Source: Chiloscyllium plagiosum (lineage: Eukaryota). Taken from it: a DNA stretch of 64,000 nucleotides. The notes below the pieces were generated by a model that did not search any database, had not been told where the DNA came from, and worked only from the letters and a program-made list of their open reading frames with translations. The position numbers and the translations under genes were made by a program. Shown here piece after piece: positions 40,228 to 54,391 of this stretch (its first letter is position 1; each line of letters opens with the position of its first letter). The stretch is taken from positions 26,616,242 to 26,680,241 of the forward strand of contig NC_057716.1 in the NCBI RefSeq assembly GCF_004010195.1, in the 5' to 3' direction.

Positions 40228-40510
40228 TCATAGAATCATAAAATTCCTGCAATGTGGAAGCAAGCCATTTGGTCCACACTGACTGTCTGAAGAGCATCCC
40301 ACCCAGACCCATCCCATCTCTATAACCCTGCATTTTCCATGGCTAATCCATCTAGCCTGCACATCCCTGGACAACGATGGGGCAATTTAGTATGGCCAAT
40401 CCACCTAACCTGCACATGTTTGGACTGTGGGAGGAAACTGGAGCACCCTGGAGGAAACCTATGCAGACATGGGGAGAATGTGCAAACTACTGAGCCATTG
40501 TGCCACACAG
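40228..40510 (-). mobile_element. HE1 / V-SINE
   Basis: Tail catagaatcata and V-core ccacctaacctgcacatgtttggactgtgggaggaaactggagcacc. Confidence 0.82.
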
Positions 40511-40723
40511 TGGCAGTCCCTTGAAGATCATCAAGATCCCCAGTTCTGAACTGAGGCAGCTAATCTCTAACGTGGCAGCAACAGAGGTGCCAAGGTTGTT
40601 TTCAGTGTCTCTTGGCTGGGAAGGAGAAAGAAAGGAAAATGTTAAAGTGTATCTTGATTATCAACCAATTCCCTGTACTAGTAAATGCATGTGTTGATAT
40701 TGGGATTAACAATGATACACTGT

Positions 40724-41034
40724 GGGCAGCACGGTGGTTCAGTGGTTAGCACTGCTACTTCACAGCGTCAGGGTACCAGTTTGATTCCTGCTTCGGGCAA
40801 ATGTTTGTGGGGAGTTTGCACATTCTTTCCGTGTCTGCATGGATTTCCTCTGGGAGCTCCGGTTTCCTCCCACGATCCAAACATGTGCTGGTCGGATGAA
40901 TTGGCCATGTTAATTGCCCATAGTGCATTAGTCAGGGGTAAATATAGGGTAGGGGAATGGGTCTGGGTGGGTTACTCTTTGGAGGGTCAGTGTGGACTTG
41001 TTGGGCCGAAAGGGCAGGGAATCTAATCTAATCT
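40724..41034 (+). mobile_element. HE1 SINE, near full length
   Basis: tRNA head gggcagcacggtggttcagtggttagcactgct, V-core, and tail atctaatctaatct. Confidence 0.88.
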
Positions 41035-41249
41035 CACTGAGGAACAGATTGCTGATGCTCCTCATCTTCAAGGAATGGTTACTTGCATGAGGTGCCTTTG
41101 GAACACCTGGAGCTTTACTACCATGTATTAAGTCTCTGTTGCGTGCAAGCAGAAAGGGGCATTCTCAATGAGGTGCGTGTGTCTTGCTGATTACCGAAGG
41201 GAACCAGACAGCTGCTGATGCCACGCAATGAGGATTCGGAGCCAGTGTG

Positions 41250-43090
41250 TTCTTGTAAGAGTGAAGGGCAAGGAGCAGGTTCAGGAAACCCTGCATATCA
41301 AGGGATATTGAGAGTTTGATAAAGAAAAAGAAGGAAGCTGTGTCAGGTACAATGCATTAAAAATAGGGGAGGCCCTTCAAACTTATGGAGAGTGTAGGAG
41401 GTTGCTTAACAATGAAATTGGGGGGCAAAGAGGGACCACAAAACAGCTTTGACAGATAGAAACAGCCTTAGGTTTATTTTGATCCTAAGTATATTTAGAG
41501 TAAGAGGATTACCAAGAAAGGATAGGGTCAGTTAAAAACCAAAGGGCCATCTTGCATGGATCCAGTGGAGATGGGTGATGTCATAAAATAATATTTCTAA
41601 TCTGTATTCGTAGATGGATTAAGATTAATATTAATAAGGAGGAGGTATTAGACATTTTAACAGCCATACGGGTGCACAGATCCCCAGGGTCTAATGAGAT
41701 CTATTCCCAGGGTCTAATGAAATTTATCCCAGGCTGCCATGGGAGGCAAGGGAGGAGATTGCTGGGAGGCTTAGTACCTCGCTGGCCACAGGTGAAGTGC
41801 CAGATGACTGGAGAATATCTAATGTTATTCCTTTGTTCAAGAAGGACACCAGGGATAGGCTAGGTAACTACAGACCCGGTTAGTCTGACATCAGTGGTAG
41901 GAAAATTATTGGAAACATTTCTGAGGGACAGGATTAACCAAAATTTGGAAAGGCAGGGATTGATCAAAGATAGTCAACATGGATTGGTTTGAGAGAGATC
42001 CTGTGACGAATTTAATTGAATTTTTTTTTAAAAGGTGACGATGTATTGGCAAACTGAATCCAAAATTGACTTGCAACTAGGAAGCGAAGGGTGTGGTGGA
42101 GGGATGTTTTTGTGATTGTAAGCCAGTGACCATGAGTTATTTACATGAATGACTCTATGTGCTTGTATAAAGTAGAGTTAGTGAGTTTGCAGATGACACA
42201 AAATTGGTGGTATTGTTGATAATGAAGAGGATGATCTCATGTTACAGTCTGATATTGATCAGCTAGTAAATTGGGAAGAGCAGTGACAGGTAGAATTTAA
42301 TTCCAGTTGGTCTGCGGTCATGCATTTTCAAAGATCTATTAAGGGAATGACATACACAATGAATGATAGATTCCTAGGGAGTACTGGGGAACAAAGGGAC
42401 CTTGGTGTACAAGTCCATAGATCCCCAAAGGTGTCAGCACAGGTAGACAAGGTGGTGATGAAGGCATACAGGATGTTTGCCTTTAGAGCCTGGGCATAGG
42501 TTATAGGAGCAAGGAAACCTTGTTACAACTTTATAAAACATTGGTCAGGCCACAGATGAAATACTGTGTACAGTTCTGGTCACCACACAATTGGAAAGGT
42601 GTGATTGCGCTGGGGAGAGTGCAGAGGAGGTTCACCAGGATGTTACCCGGGATGAAAAATCTCAGTCATGAGGAGAGACTAGATAGACTGGGTTTGTTTT
42701 ACCTGGAGCAGAAGGAGGCTGAAGGGAAATCTGATTGAGTTATACAAAACAATGAGAGGCATAGACAGAACAGATCATGAGAATCTCTTCCCCATGGCTG
42801 ACGTGTCCAAAACCAGGCCATAGAAGTTGAAGGTGAGAAGTAAGTGATTTAGAGGAGATTGGAGAAACAATTTTTTCACCCACATGATGGTAATGATATA
42901 GAACATGCTGCCTAAGAGGATGGTGAAGGTTGATAATTGCACAACATTTAAGCTTTTGGATGAGCACCTAAAGTATCAGGGCATAGTAGGCTATGGACCA
43001 AGCGCATGGTAAATGGGATTAGTATAGTTTGGTGTTTGTCAGTCCACATAGACACAGTGGGCTGAAGGGCCTGCTTCTATGCTTTTATGA
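41250..43090 (+). mobile_element. Degraded CR1 ORF2 to 3' end
   Basis: GNYRP motif, FADDT, LYKTLVRPQMKYCVQFWSP, and a CR1 3' UTR. Confidence 0.88.
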
Positions 43091-43477
43091 CTTTAGCAAA
43101 ACCAAGGGTCCTGATTCTATAGGAAGCAGGTGCCAATGTATAGAGGTATATGTGGCTGTTCTTAATGATTTCTTTAAAAATCAACACTAACCCAACATAG
43201 ATATAAAATCATTACAATTTTTATTGAAATTAGTTTTGGCCAGCGTGTTGCCAAAAATACAGACCCAGCAATTAAGTTAAATGTTTTTCCATAGCATCTT
43301 TAACCACCTCAGAACATCGTAATGTGTTTACATCCAATGAAGTACTTTAGAGGAATGACACCGTTGTAATTCAGAAGGATGGCAGACAGTTTGATCACAG
43401 TAAGATCTCAGAAACAGAAATGTGATTTTATTTTAACAATTTCGGTTGAGGGACTTTTGTTGGCCAGGGCACCAAAA

Positions 43478-43870
43478 AAGAGACAGTGAGGACTGCAGAT
43501 GCTGGAGAAACACAGCAGGTCAGGCAGCATCCGAGGAGCAGGAGAATTGATATTTCAGGCGTAAGCCCTTCATCAGGAATGAGGCTTGTGGACCAAGGGG
43601 GCTGGGAGATAAATGGGAGGGGGGCTGGGGTAGGGGGGAGGTAGCTGGGAAAGAGATAAGTGGATGAAGGTGAGGGAGAAGGTAATAGGTCAGAGGAGGC
43701 AGTGATGGACAGGTCCAGGGGATGGTGCCAAGTTGAAGGCTTGGGACTGGGATATTGTGGGGGGAGGGGAAATGAGGAAGCTGTTGAAATCTACATTTAT
43801 CCCGTTGCAGGGTCCCAAGGTGGAATATGAGGAGTTCCTCCTCAAGGCGTCGGGTGGTTACGGTTTGGCA
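43478..43870 (-). mobile_element. Penelope-like element 3' part
   Basis: RRLEEELLIFHLGTLQ peptide; hammerhead core at ~43547-43580. Confidence 0.85.
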
Positions 43871-44612
43871 CCAAACAGAACTGCCAGCCCACAACCACTC
43901 CTCCTAAAGGTTGCAGCCAATTTTATCAGCAAATTGGTCACTGAGTATGTTTACATTTATCACATTGTTTGCTTGCTTGTTTGTTTGTTTGTTTCTCAGT
44001 GTTGACTCCCCTCACAATGTGTTTGTCCTTAGCAGTCAGGAAAATACTACCCCCCCACCATAGGTCGTGAATGTCTATTTCCTATAAGTACCTTTCGATG
44101 ACACATCAATGCAATGCTGCTAAATATGATTTTAGTTGCCCCTAAGAGCAATGCATTTGTAGGGCAGATCCAAATCTGCTTTTAACCTGGTCTCTGAACA
44201 AGGACCAAATACCATCCTTTCCCATATTATCATTAATTCCAAACCAATATTTTTGCCTTTGAGCTAGGTAATTTGTTGTTGGTGAAGTGACTGCATCAGC
44301 AGCAAGGCTTATCTCAACTTGTCCACTAAGTCACTCTTTGTTTTGGAGAGATAATGTAGCTAATTTAAGGAGCAAATAAACCAGGTCAGATGCTGTTTCC
44401 TACTCCAAGGGGCTGAGTACCTTCGCTCATACAGCACACACAACAGTGTATCCCTACTTCCAAACTGCACTGGAGACACGGCATAAAATTTTTATTAAAA
44501 GTAAGCTGGAGAGAAATTAATTTTGCTTCTCTCACAGGGAACTGCATTCTTACTCATTCACTGTTGAGGCATCTGTGCAACTGTGCAACATTGTCCATTC
44601 TGAGACATAAGT

Positions 44613-44842
44613 GTCCCACACTCCTGGATGTACAGTCCAATATTGTCTGCTCTTGAATGTAATGTCTAACATTATCTACTCTTGATGTAGTGTCTAATGT
44701 TGTCCACCCTTGATGTAGTGTCTAATGTCCACTCTTGATGTAGTGTCTAATGTTGTCCACTCTTGATGTAGTGTCTAATGTTGTCCACCCTTGATGTAGT
44801 GTCTAATGTTGTCCACCCTTGATGTAGTATCTAACATTACCC
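44613..44842. repeat. Minisatellite, ~28-bp unit TTGTCCACYCTTGATGTAGTGTCTAATG, ~7-8 copies
   Basis: Direct reading; central copies are near identical and edge copies are degenerate. Confidence 0.92.
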
Positions 44843-44874
44843 ATTTTCGATGTGACTGACAAAGTTGAACAGTT

Positions 44875-45150
44875 GGGGTGGCATGGTGGCTTAGTGGTTA
44901 GCGCTGCTGCCTCACAATGCCAGGGAGCCTGATTGAATTCCATCCTTATGCAACTGTGTGGAGTTTGCATGATCTCCCTATGTCTGCATGGGTTTCCTCC
45001 CACAGTCCAAAGATGTGAAAGTTAGGTGGATTGGCCATGGGAAGTGCAGAGTTACAGGAACAGAGTGAGTCTAAGTGGGATGCTGCTTAGAGGGTTGATG
45101 TGGACTCGTTACGTTGAATGGCTTGTTTCCACACAGTACGAATTTTATGT
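44875..45150 (+). mobile_element. HE1 / V-SINE
   Basis: ggggtggcatggtggcttagtggttagcgctgctgcctcaca...tcctcccacagtccaaagatgtg. Confidence 0.82.
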
Positions 45151-46289
45151 TGTAAATTTTCCTAATTCCTCTTGAGAACAAATATGTTATTGTGGACATG
45201 TACCTGGTAGAAAAGTAACCGGTCTGACCAATATCAAGAGAAAGCAATGAGTTTACAATATTTTGGTAAAAAATATTTGAGTAGCATTGTAATATAAAGC
45301 TTTTTTTTCTTTCTAGACAGTAAGAAGTCAGTGGCTGGTCAATGCAGTCACACACTATTTTTCTCTTTTAGAAAATTGACTTAAAATAATGAGATCTTTG
45401 AGAGACAGCTGATATCTTTGAAAAAGAAAGCACTGCATCTGAACAGTCTGTGTTGAACTGTCTGTCTTGTTTTAACAAAAGCATTTCTGTCTTTCTAACA
45501 GACGTTTGAGAATCTGTTATCAAGCAGAAACGTCACATGATGATTGTGCATAGGTCAAAGAATAATGCCACTGCTTTTCCATTTCTGTTTGCTTCTTAAT
45601 TTTATTAATTGAAAAATTTGGTGTGTTGTCTAGATAATAGGGGTCAAGAACTCATCAGAAAGCAAAGGAGTACCAATGCTGCTTGATGAGGCGCTTTATA
45701 TTGATGTCCAGTGATGGAGACTTTGTTATCATTGCAGGAAAGTAAAATCTGAATACTATTGTTCTGGAGGACAAAACCTTGCATTTGTATAATGCCATTC
45801 GCCACTTGAGTGTGCCCAGAAGTGGTGCAGAGCCAATGCAGTGCGTAAAAACAGTGATCAGTTTTGGTGTAAGAAACATGGCAACTAATGCACACCCAGC
45901 AAGCTCCCACACAGTGCTGTTGTAATGACCAGAGTATCTGTTTTATTGGTATGGATTAATAGATGAATTCCCCACTCTTGTTCAGCGTAGTGTCAAAAGA
46001 TCTTTCGCATCTGTCTGAAAGGGCAGCTGGGACCTTGACCTAACTTTGCATTTGAAAAAGACCATCTTCAAAAGTGCCGTATTCCTTCAGTACTGCACTG
46101 AAGTATCATCCTAGATTATATTCTTAAATCTCCAGTTTGAGACTTGAACCAACAACCTTCTGACTCTGTCGTGGGAATGTTACCCACTCAGCCGCTCAGC
46201 TGACAAAAGTTCACAAAGCATGTCTACTAAAACACCTCCAACAGTAATTTCTATGACCTTGAACATTAAATATAGGGATGATCCATTAA

Positions 46290-46515
46290 GGTAAAGTTGC
46301 CAAAGTCTTATCAGACCACAGAGCTGCTTTTCTCATTAGAAAGAGATGACTGGTGGTGGTTTAACCTGAGGGTCACCACATGCCACAAGCAAGGCAGAGG
46401 TTAAGAAGGAGACTGCTTCATGGTAACATCAGCTGGTATGGGAATTGAACCCATGCTGTTGGCATCACTCAGCATTGGAAAGCAACAATCCAGCCAACTG
46501 AACTAACTGACCAGC
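46290..46515 (-). mobile_element. tRNA-derived SINE (second partial copy at 48722-48868)
   Basis: Reverse-strand A/B-box-like motifs (ggaattgaaccc...ccagccaactgaactaac) and shared body ggtttaacctgagggtcaccac. Confidence 0.65.
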
Positions 46516-47629
46516 AGGCACAAATGTATTTCAGTACTGAATGTTGCCATGTAACCTCTCTCATCATCTGGTTATGTCACAAACCTATGAGTTACCCATT
46601 ATATAACCTTCTGAGATCATTAGGCATACTTTCAGTTCTCATCACCCCAGCATTGGTGACCCTACCTTCAATAGGTGGGCCCTGGTTTGTGGAATTCTCT
46701 CCATATACCTTACTACCTTTCTCTCCTCCTTCAAGACCCTCCTTTACACTTACCTCGATGAATACACTTTGTGACCACCTTTCTGATATTTTGTTTTATT
46801 TTATTGTAATCTCATGTTTTGTAGCCTGGTGCCGAAATCTGATTGAAGCATGAGCACTCTCATGATGTGCATTAGGACACTTTATTATGTGAACGACGTT
46901 GTATAAATACAAATTGTTATTGTACAAGAATTCATTCCTCTGATTTCTAAGTAATCTATCCTTTAGCACACAAAGCACTGGCCCATAGGCTGTCCACCCC
47001 TTTTAACAATCACAAAGTTACTTTCTCTTTTCATACCCTTAAATAGACAACTGGAAAAATGAAGCTAAATGCTGGATAAACTCCATTGTGGACTAGTGAT
47101 AAAACTGAAGACTTTATCTTGGTCCTCTTTCTGCTTAAAGCTACGAACCCTTATCCCCCAGAGATTGAAGGGGAATGACTGAAAATAGCATCTTTGCCAG
47201 CTGCACCATCCTGTCACATCCCTGAAGACCAGTCTGTCGTGATGGCAGCAGAATCCTAGCAACAATACTCCTCAGCCATCAGTCTGCAGTGATGCTGGGT
47301 GCCATAGTAACAGGAGTGCAGCTTATCCTCTATATGAGGACTGTTTCATCAGTGCATCATTCAGCCCTGATCCTCTCCCCAGAGTAGAACCGGAGCTTGA
47401 GAGGCTAGCAGCTAGCCTGTCTTTTTAAACATGTATACCCAATAAGCAGGAAATAGATATTCATTACCTTTGTGCAGATAGGTAAGCTAACAAGTGTTTT
47501 CACATTTCTGTAGTTGCTGTACGTTACTAATATAATTTAATAAATATCTATGCACACACATGTGAGCATATATATGTAAGTACATATGTTTTGCACACTT
47601 TAATGGGCTCAATCCATTGTAGCTTTGTA

Positions 47630-48700
47630 AATGTGAGAGTTTACAGAGTCACTCTTGAGTTCTCTACTGCAAGACTGCCTTCACTGGTCAAGATATGCAA
47701 TGGAATTCCTACAATTCCATTTGCGGAAAGATTGACCTTCTCAGTACCATCCTGTATAGAGTCTTGAGCCATTTGCTCATGATGCAGGCTTAATGCTGAA
47801 GTCTGGCACCACAAAGCAATCTTCGTCAGACAAAAGCTACCCTGAACAGTACCCTGAGGACCTTCTTCAGAGATGTCTTGAAGCTGAGATCACATCATTG
47901 TTCATTGCATATCTCACCTACTCATGAATGGGCCTAAGGCCACTACTCCTGGAATTAAAAGGTCTAGCCCAGATTACCCTGGAAAGTTAAGGTGGCTATA
48001 AAATGTAAGCAATGGTGAATCTCGTGTTTCATGTTACAACTACGCAGTGGCACCCGAGCTGGTATTCTCCACTAACAGGATGCCTCTGTCCAGCCAAATT
48101 ACACAAATGAGTAATATGTTACATCAATTCCAGTGCTGGTGTGATGCTAGATGCATAGGTGATATATGCCAATCTGACTGGCAGATTGTATAAAACAGCA
48201 TGTCCCATTGACTGTTCACAACAGGCAAAGTATTGATTCTACCCAAACAGTCTATTCTTCCAAAATTCAGAACATGGTATCCAACATTAGGTGTGATTTC
48301 ATGATTGGACAACACTGCTAAACAATACCAATGGTATTAAGATATACATATACAGTCAATTTATAATTATCAGTTGAATTTGAATAGTAGCCTACTTGTG
48401 CCAGATCCACATATATTTGTTTTGGAGCCCTATTCTTTGCAAATATTAAATATGTTCATGCTTGTGCCTCTTTTGAATGAACAAACGCTTGAATGACAGC
48501 CAGTCCCTGTTTTTTCCATGGCATGGTTCAACATGGCAATCCTACAACCAATCAGACTTAACTTGACTTGCCTGGTTTGGATTTAAATGAAAACTTGACA
48601 TTTTGACAGCAGTTCTCCTCTCATGCAGTATTAATTGTTGTTCCATTTGAGATTTGGTATTCTTGTGATCTTTCCTGATGAGTGAAAAGCTTCAATAGCA
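47630..48700 (+). mobile_element. Old Penelope-like element (RT C-terminus, GIY-YIG, pLTR)
   Basis: Frameshifted peptides YCKTAFTGQDMQWNSY, AICS, RLPWK and SNMLHQFQCWCDARCIG...LADCIKQHVP; deleted hammerhead ctgatgagtgaaaagcttc near 48675. Confidence 0.75.
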
Positions 48701-51227
48701 CAGCTCCTTTGGCAGCTAGAGATATAAAGTAACATTGCCATACTCCCAGATGATCACAGGGCTGCTCTCTCACATGAGAGAGAGAGACAACTGATGCTGG
48801 TTTAACCTGAGTGTCATTATCCCTCAGGCATGACTTGAAATGGGAAAGTGGGAGCTTCACAGTCATAAAGTAGCACAAAGGCTCTGGGTGTTGGAGGTCA
48901 GTTATCTCAGCTTCAGGGCATCTCCACAGGAGGTCCTCAGGATAGTGTTCGTTGCCTCACCATGTTCAGCTTCTTCATCTATGGCCTTCCCTCCATCATA
49001 AAGTCAGAAGTGGGAGTGTTCGCTAATAATTGCACAACATTCAGCGCTAATTCACGATCCTCAGATACTGAAGTAATCCATGTCCAAATGCAGCAGAATA
49101 CGGACCATTATCCAGGCTTGGGCTAAGAAAAGGTTCATGTCACACAGGTTTCTCTGTGCCCAACTCCTTTCATCTGATCATACTCTGAAGGAATAAATAA
49201 TAAATAAACTCTCTGCTAGTTGGAGTCATACCTAACACAAAGGATGATAGCTTTGGTTGTTGAAGATTAATCATCTCAGCTCCAGAACTTCGCTGCAGAA
49301 GTTTCTCAGGCTAGTGCCCTAGACTCAACCATTTGTTTGGATTCTCTTGTTCAGGATGACCACTAACTAATATTTGCACAGCATGAACACTATTCGACCC
49401 CTGAAAAACCCTAAACAAGCATTTTTACCCATTTAATTAGATTCAATTTGAAAGGAAGTATAATTTCTAACCCTTCCACACAGCTGTGGTCACTGCTGGT
49501 GCCAGGTATGGCACTTGCAATTTGACATGGTGCCGGACACCATTATTTTAGGGACAACCCTGCCCCTGTTCTCGATTTGGGGAGAGCCCTAAAATTTCAG
49601 ACCCTTTCCTATCAACTTGTACTTCTCCATTCAAAAGTTTGTGAATATGTGACTCCTCCTCCCCCCCCACCCCAAATATCTTTGTTAATAGCTATACCAC
49701 TTACATTATCCTACCTCACCACATTGTTTTCCTCAAAGTGTATCACTTCACATTTATCGCACTAAATTGCACCTGGCATGTATCTGTCTATTTGACCAAC
49801 CTGCCTGGGTCTGTTACCATCCTTTTCATTATTTAATGTGATGCCAAGTTCCATATCATGCACAAACTTGAAGTTTGTACTGCCTACTTGAATTCGAGGC
49901 ATTCGTACAACAATACCAATGGCAAGAGTGTAAGGATGGAACAGTGGGATGTCATGAAGCCTGCAGGACTATGTACATGAAGAGCTGGGAATTCCGTGTA
50001 GAGCTGACTAAATGGCTGTACTCCAGACCACTGAAACACAGCATGTTCCAAAATCCAACAATTTCCTCTGGAAAAGGTCAGTTGAGTCGGCCTATATCCA
50101 ACAGTACTCTCTTGGTTATTGTCAGATATGGGTAATTAGCAATGGTTGCACTCCTGCAAGGGGAGAGGAGGTTAGGATTCCTTTTCAACCTAGGATTGTC
50201 ATCTCCTGCTGAGCCTACTCCTGGAGTCTTCGCCACTGACATCTCTTCTGTAACAACCCTGCCTACACATTCTCACCAATGATTCGTTTTTTCGAATGAA
50301 TGGTTGTTTTCACTTTGGTTTCCTCAATAACCACAGTCTTTGAAAAATAATCTACCCCAATGGATAGAAATCAGTTTGCAGTGTGTATTTTTCATTTCCT
50401 CTGCTCTAAAGCACCCTTACTATTTAAACATTGCAACTGTTCAATACGCAGTGAGAGCACCTTGCAAAAACTTTGTTCTGCTCTGCTCTGTGGAATAAAA
50501 TGAGCTCGCACTTACTCACTTAGTCAACATCCTTTAGAGTTTTTCATCCCTTTGATGCATGTGTGAATAAATTAACATTTAATGCCACTGTGGCAAGTCT
50601 TAATAATTAATTTGCAGATTGAGAATTTTTGATTGAGCTTTACATTTTGGAACAAAGACCGTTGTAAAGAAACCTGGCTTTAAAGCCTCAGCACCTCCCT
50701 CTGTCTCGACCACTCTAATGTGCTGTGTTTAACTTTTTGGTAGTGGGGCTTCTAATTAGCAGGCTTGAGATGGATTGCATACAAAGACACAAAACGGGTG
50801 GTCTTAACAATTCAAGTACTGAATTTCACCTGCAGGTTTTAAAATGTATATGATGTCAATGGAAAGCTCATTAAAATCATGCAGCACAGATGGAGGCCAC
50901 TCAGCCCATCAGGAGCCCTTTGAAAAAGCTGTCCCACACGTCTGTCATTCTTCATATTCCCTGAGAATTTCCATTGCAAATTGCAAAACTGCAATCTGCT
51001 TCTGAAAGTTATCATTGAATTTGCTTCCACTGCCCTTACGGGGAGTGCTTTCAACTTCATCGTAACTTACTTACCAAGCAAACAGAAAAGAAAAGTCCCC
51101 TCATCTCTCCTATGGCTCTTTTGCATTACTTTACATCTGTGCATTCTACTTAGCAAGCCTTCAGTTTCTCTTTAGTAACTCTATTGTATTCTTTCACCAT
51201 TTTGAATAACTATTAAATCTCACCTTA

Positions 51228-51302
51228 CCCTGAGCAGGTTTGGAGAAGATTTGTAGCTCAGATTGTGGTTCTGGATTTAAGTTTGCTCCCTGAGCTGGAA
51301 GG
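51228..51302 (-). mobile_element. Tiny Penelope terminal fragment with 8-bp TSD inside a CR1 remnant
   Basis: tttggagaagatttgtagctcag matches the element end at 15898-15921. Direct repeat tcacctta at 51220-51227 and 51303-51310. Confidence 0.75.
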
Positions 51303-51479
51303 TCACCTTAATCTTCTCTGCTCTCAAGAGAACAATCCCAGCTTCTCTGTTCGCTCCAAGTAACTAAAATACCCGTTGACTAAAGAAAAATGGTCAGTTT
51401 TGAACTCGCAGTGTATTCTTTGTACCATTTTTTTCATTTCCTTTTGCTGGCAGAATATAGTGAATACAATGTGGTTCAG

Positions 51480-52300
51480 ATAAAATGGAAAGGAATGGAT
51501 TTCTGAATCTGTTTGGTCAGGCTAGAGACTCACCTGTTTCGTGAAGATGAAAATGGAAACTTTAAAAGTGTGGAGTGATACATTTTGGAAGTTGAAGAAA
51601 GACAATGCAGATTAAATAATACAATTTCAGGTCTGAGGTGTCATTCAGATAATGTTTTGAGGACAGGACAAGTTTAGAAGGCTGTGTTTTTTTTAAAGCT
51701 TGTGTGTGGAATTTATGGTTTTAATACTAAAAAGATAGAGTGCAAAAACAATCATCTTAAATATCTATGGAACACTAGATAGGCCTGAGGAAGAGTATAT
51801 TGTGTCCAATTGTGGGCACTCCTCTTCAGAAGTGACATTGAGACTTTAGAAACATCACAGATGATGTTTATCAAAATGGTACCAAGCATAATAGCCTTCT
51901 GTTATGGGAGAGGCTAGTAAAGCTAGGATAGTTCTCCTTGGTGCAGAGAGGTTAAACTTAATTGAGGTGTATAAAATTATAAGGGTGTTTAAATTATAAG
52001 AATAGTGGGAAGAAGCTGTTTCAACTGGCAGGAGTTTCAGCAACCACTACATAATTTGTAGTGTAGTTTACAAAAAGAAAAACCTGAGGAGGAAATTAAA
52101 AGCATGTATGCAATTGGTTGTTACAGTCTGAAATGCCCCACCTTATAAAATGGGTTAAATAAGAAGCTTAAATGTATGCTTGAAGAGTAAAAATCTGCAG
52201 GTTTATAGGGCATGAGCTGAAGTGTTGGACTAATTGGATCACTCCTTGAAAGAGCTGGCAGAGATATGATGGGCCAAATGGCGTCCCTCTGTATTGTTTG
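51480..52300 (+). mobile_element. Old CR1 3' fragment
   Basis: Decayed ORF2 C-terminal signatures (gagtatattgtgtccaattgtggg, ttaattgaggtgtataaaattat) and 3' UTR. Confidence 0.65.
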
Positions 52301-52459
52301 ATTGAGTAGATACACACAAGGCAGCTAATCTAGCTCAAGGTTAAGAACTTGTAGTCCCTCACACTCTTCCTCCTAGTTGTTAAATGATTTGCAGGTGTTT
52401 GTGTGATGCCTCACTAAGGTATTGCACTGGAAATCAAGCCCCACTAGTTCTCAAGTCAA

Positions 52460-53180
52460 AGAGTCATAGAGATATACAGCATAGAAACAGACCCTTCGGT
52501 GCAACTCATCCTTGCTGACCAGATATCCCAACCTAATCTAGTCCCATTTTCCAGCACTTGGCCCATATCCCTCTGAACCCTTCATATTCATATACCCATC
52601 CAGATGCCTTTTAAATGTTGCAATTGTACTAGCCACCACCACTTCCTCTGACAGCTCATTATATATACGCACCACCTTCTGCGTTAAAAAGTTACCCCTT
52701 AGGTCCCTTTTTGTATCTTTCCCCTCTCACCCTAACCCTATGCCTTCTAGTTCCGGACTGTACCACCACAAGGAAAAAATTTAGTCTATTTATCCTATCC
52801 ATGCCCTTCATGATTTTGTAAACCTCTATGAGGTCACCCCCCAGCCTTTGATACTCCAGGGAAAACAGCCCCAGCCTATTCAGCCTGTCCGTATAGCTCA
52901 AATCCTCCAACCCTGGCAATGTCCTTGTAAATCTTTTCTGAACCCTTTCGCGTTTCACCTCACATTTATCTAAATTAAACTCCATCTGCCACTCCTCAGC
53001 CCATTGGCCCATCTGATCAAGATCCTGTTGTAATCCAAGTAACCTTCTTTCGCTGTCCACTACACCTCCAATTTTGGTGTCACCTGCAAACTTACTAACT
53101 GTACCTCCTATGTTCATATCCAAATCACTTATATAAATGACAAAACATAGCAGACCCAGCACCGATCCTTGTGGCACTCC
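52460..53180 (-). mobile_element. Young CR1 with internal deletion
   Basis: PQGSVLG...WAEEWQMEFNLDKCEV is joined directly to RERVQKRFTR; tail agagtcatagag. Confidence 0.9.
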
Positions 53181-53477
53181 ACAGTTGTCACAAAATTAAA
53201 GATTTTAAAATGTACACAAAATTCACCTAAAACAAAGCAAAGAACTGTGGATGCTGGAAATGTGAAACAAAACCAGAAACAGAAATAGAACGGGTTCTGA
53301 AGAAGGATTATTGGACCTGAAGCGATAAGTTTTCTCTCCACATGCTGCTTAACCTGCAGAGTTTCTCCAGCAGTTTCTGTTTTTGGTCCCAGTCTACCTG
53401 GCGTTCAGACCCAGGTTGACAGGAAATATGGATTAGGTTTCAGTACTTAACCAAAATTAGTATTTATTACAAGTAAA

Positions 53478-54391
53478 TAGACACAAAGTTAGGTGAGAAA
53501 ATAAGTTCGAAAGAGAATGCGAAGAAGTTACAAATTGATTAAAGCAGGATAAACAGCTGGGTAGGAATATAGCAAATTGAATATAATGTGGGTGAGTGTG
53601 AAGTTATCACAGGTAGGAAAAATAGAAAAGCAGAATATTTTCCAGACTGGGTGAGAGACTGGAAAATGTCGGTGTTCAACGGAAGTGTGAGCGCCCTTGT
53701 ATGAAAAAACACAAAAAGTTAACATCCAGGTACAGAAAGCAACTAGGAAAGCCAATGAGGGCTAACATTTAAGGAAGTGATGTTTAAGAGCAAAGAATTA
53801 TTTTGGCAATTACATAGGGCACTGATGAAACCATATGTGCAGCACCCTATTCAATTTTGATCGCCTGTCCTGAGGAAGGATACATATGCCTGAGAGACAA
53901 TGCAACAAAGGTTCACTTGACTGATTCCAGATATGAGAGAATTATCCGATGAAGACATATTGAGTATTTAAAAACCTATACTCCCTCGAGCTTAGAAGAA
54001 TGAGGTGTGATCTCTCTGAAACATGTGAACCATTTTTAAGGGTGGCTGACAGGGTAGATGTAAAGAGGATGTTTCTATTGGTTGGGGAGTCTAGAACAAG
54101 AGATTGCAGTCTCAGAATAAGGTATCAACCATTTAAGACTGAGATGAAGAAAGGTACCTTCACTCGAAGGGTTGGGAATCTTTGTAATTCTTTTACACCA
54201 AGAAAGCTATGGGTGTAGAGACATCAAGAATATTTGAGATGGAGATTTCAAGACCTATGGATGCTGAGACAATTAACAGAGTCTAGGATAACTAGGCATC
54301 AAGTGGAAATGCATAGGTGAGGTAGAAGATCAGTCAAGATCTTATTAAATGCTGAACAGGCAAATGTTAGCTCCTGTTTCTCGTGAGTTTA
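53478..54391 (+). mobile_element. Old CR1, 3' half beginning at the DTKLG motif
   Basis: gacacaaagttaggtg... through the ORF2 C-terminus (MRCDLSET..., MFLLVGESRTR) and 3' UTR. Confidence 0.8.

Noticed and set aside
41684-41732. ~24-bp tandem duplication
   Set aside because: Ordinary slippage within a dead CR1.
44613-44842. 28-bp repeats as a possible CRISPR array
   Set aside because: Units are contiguous with no unique spacers, in a vertebrate genome: a minisatellite.
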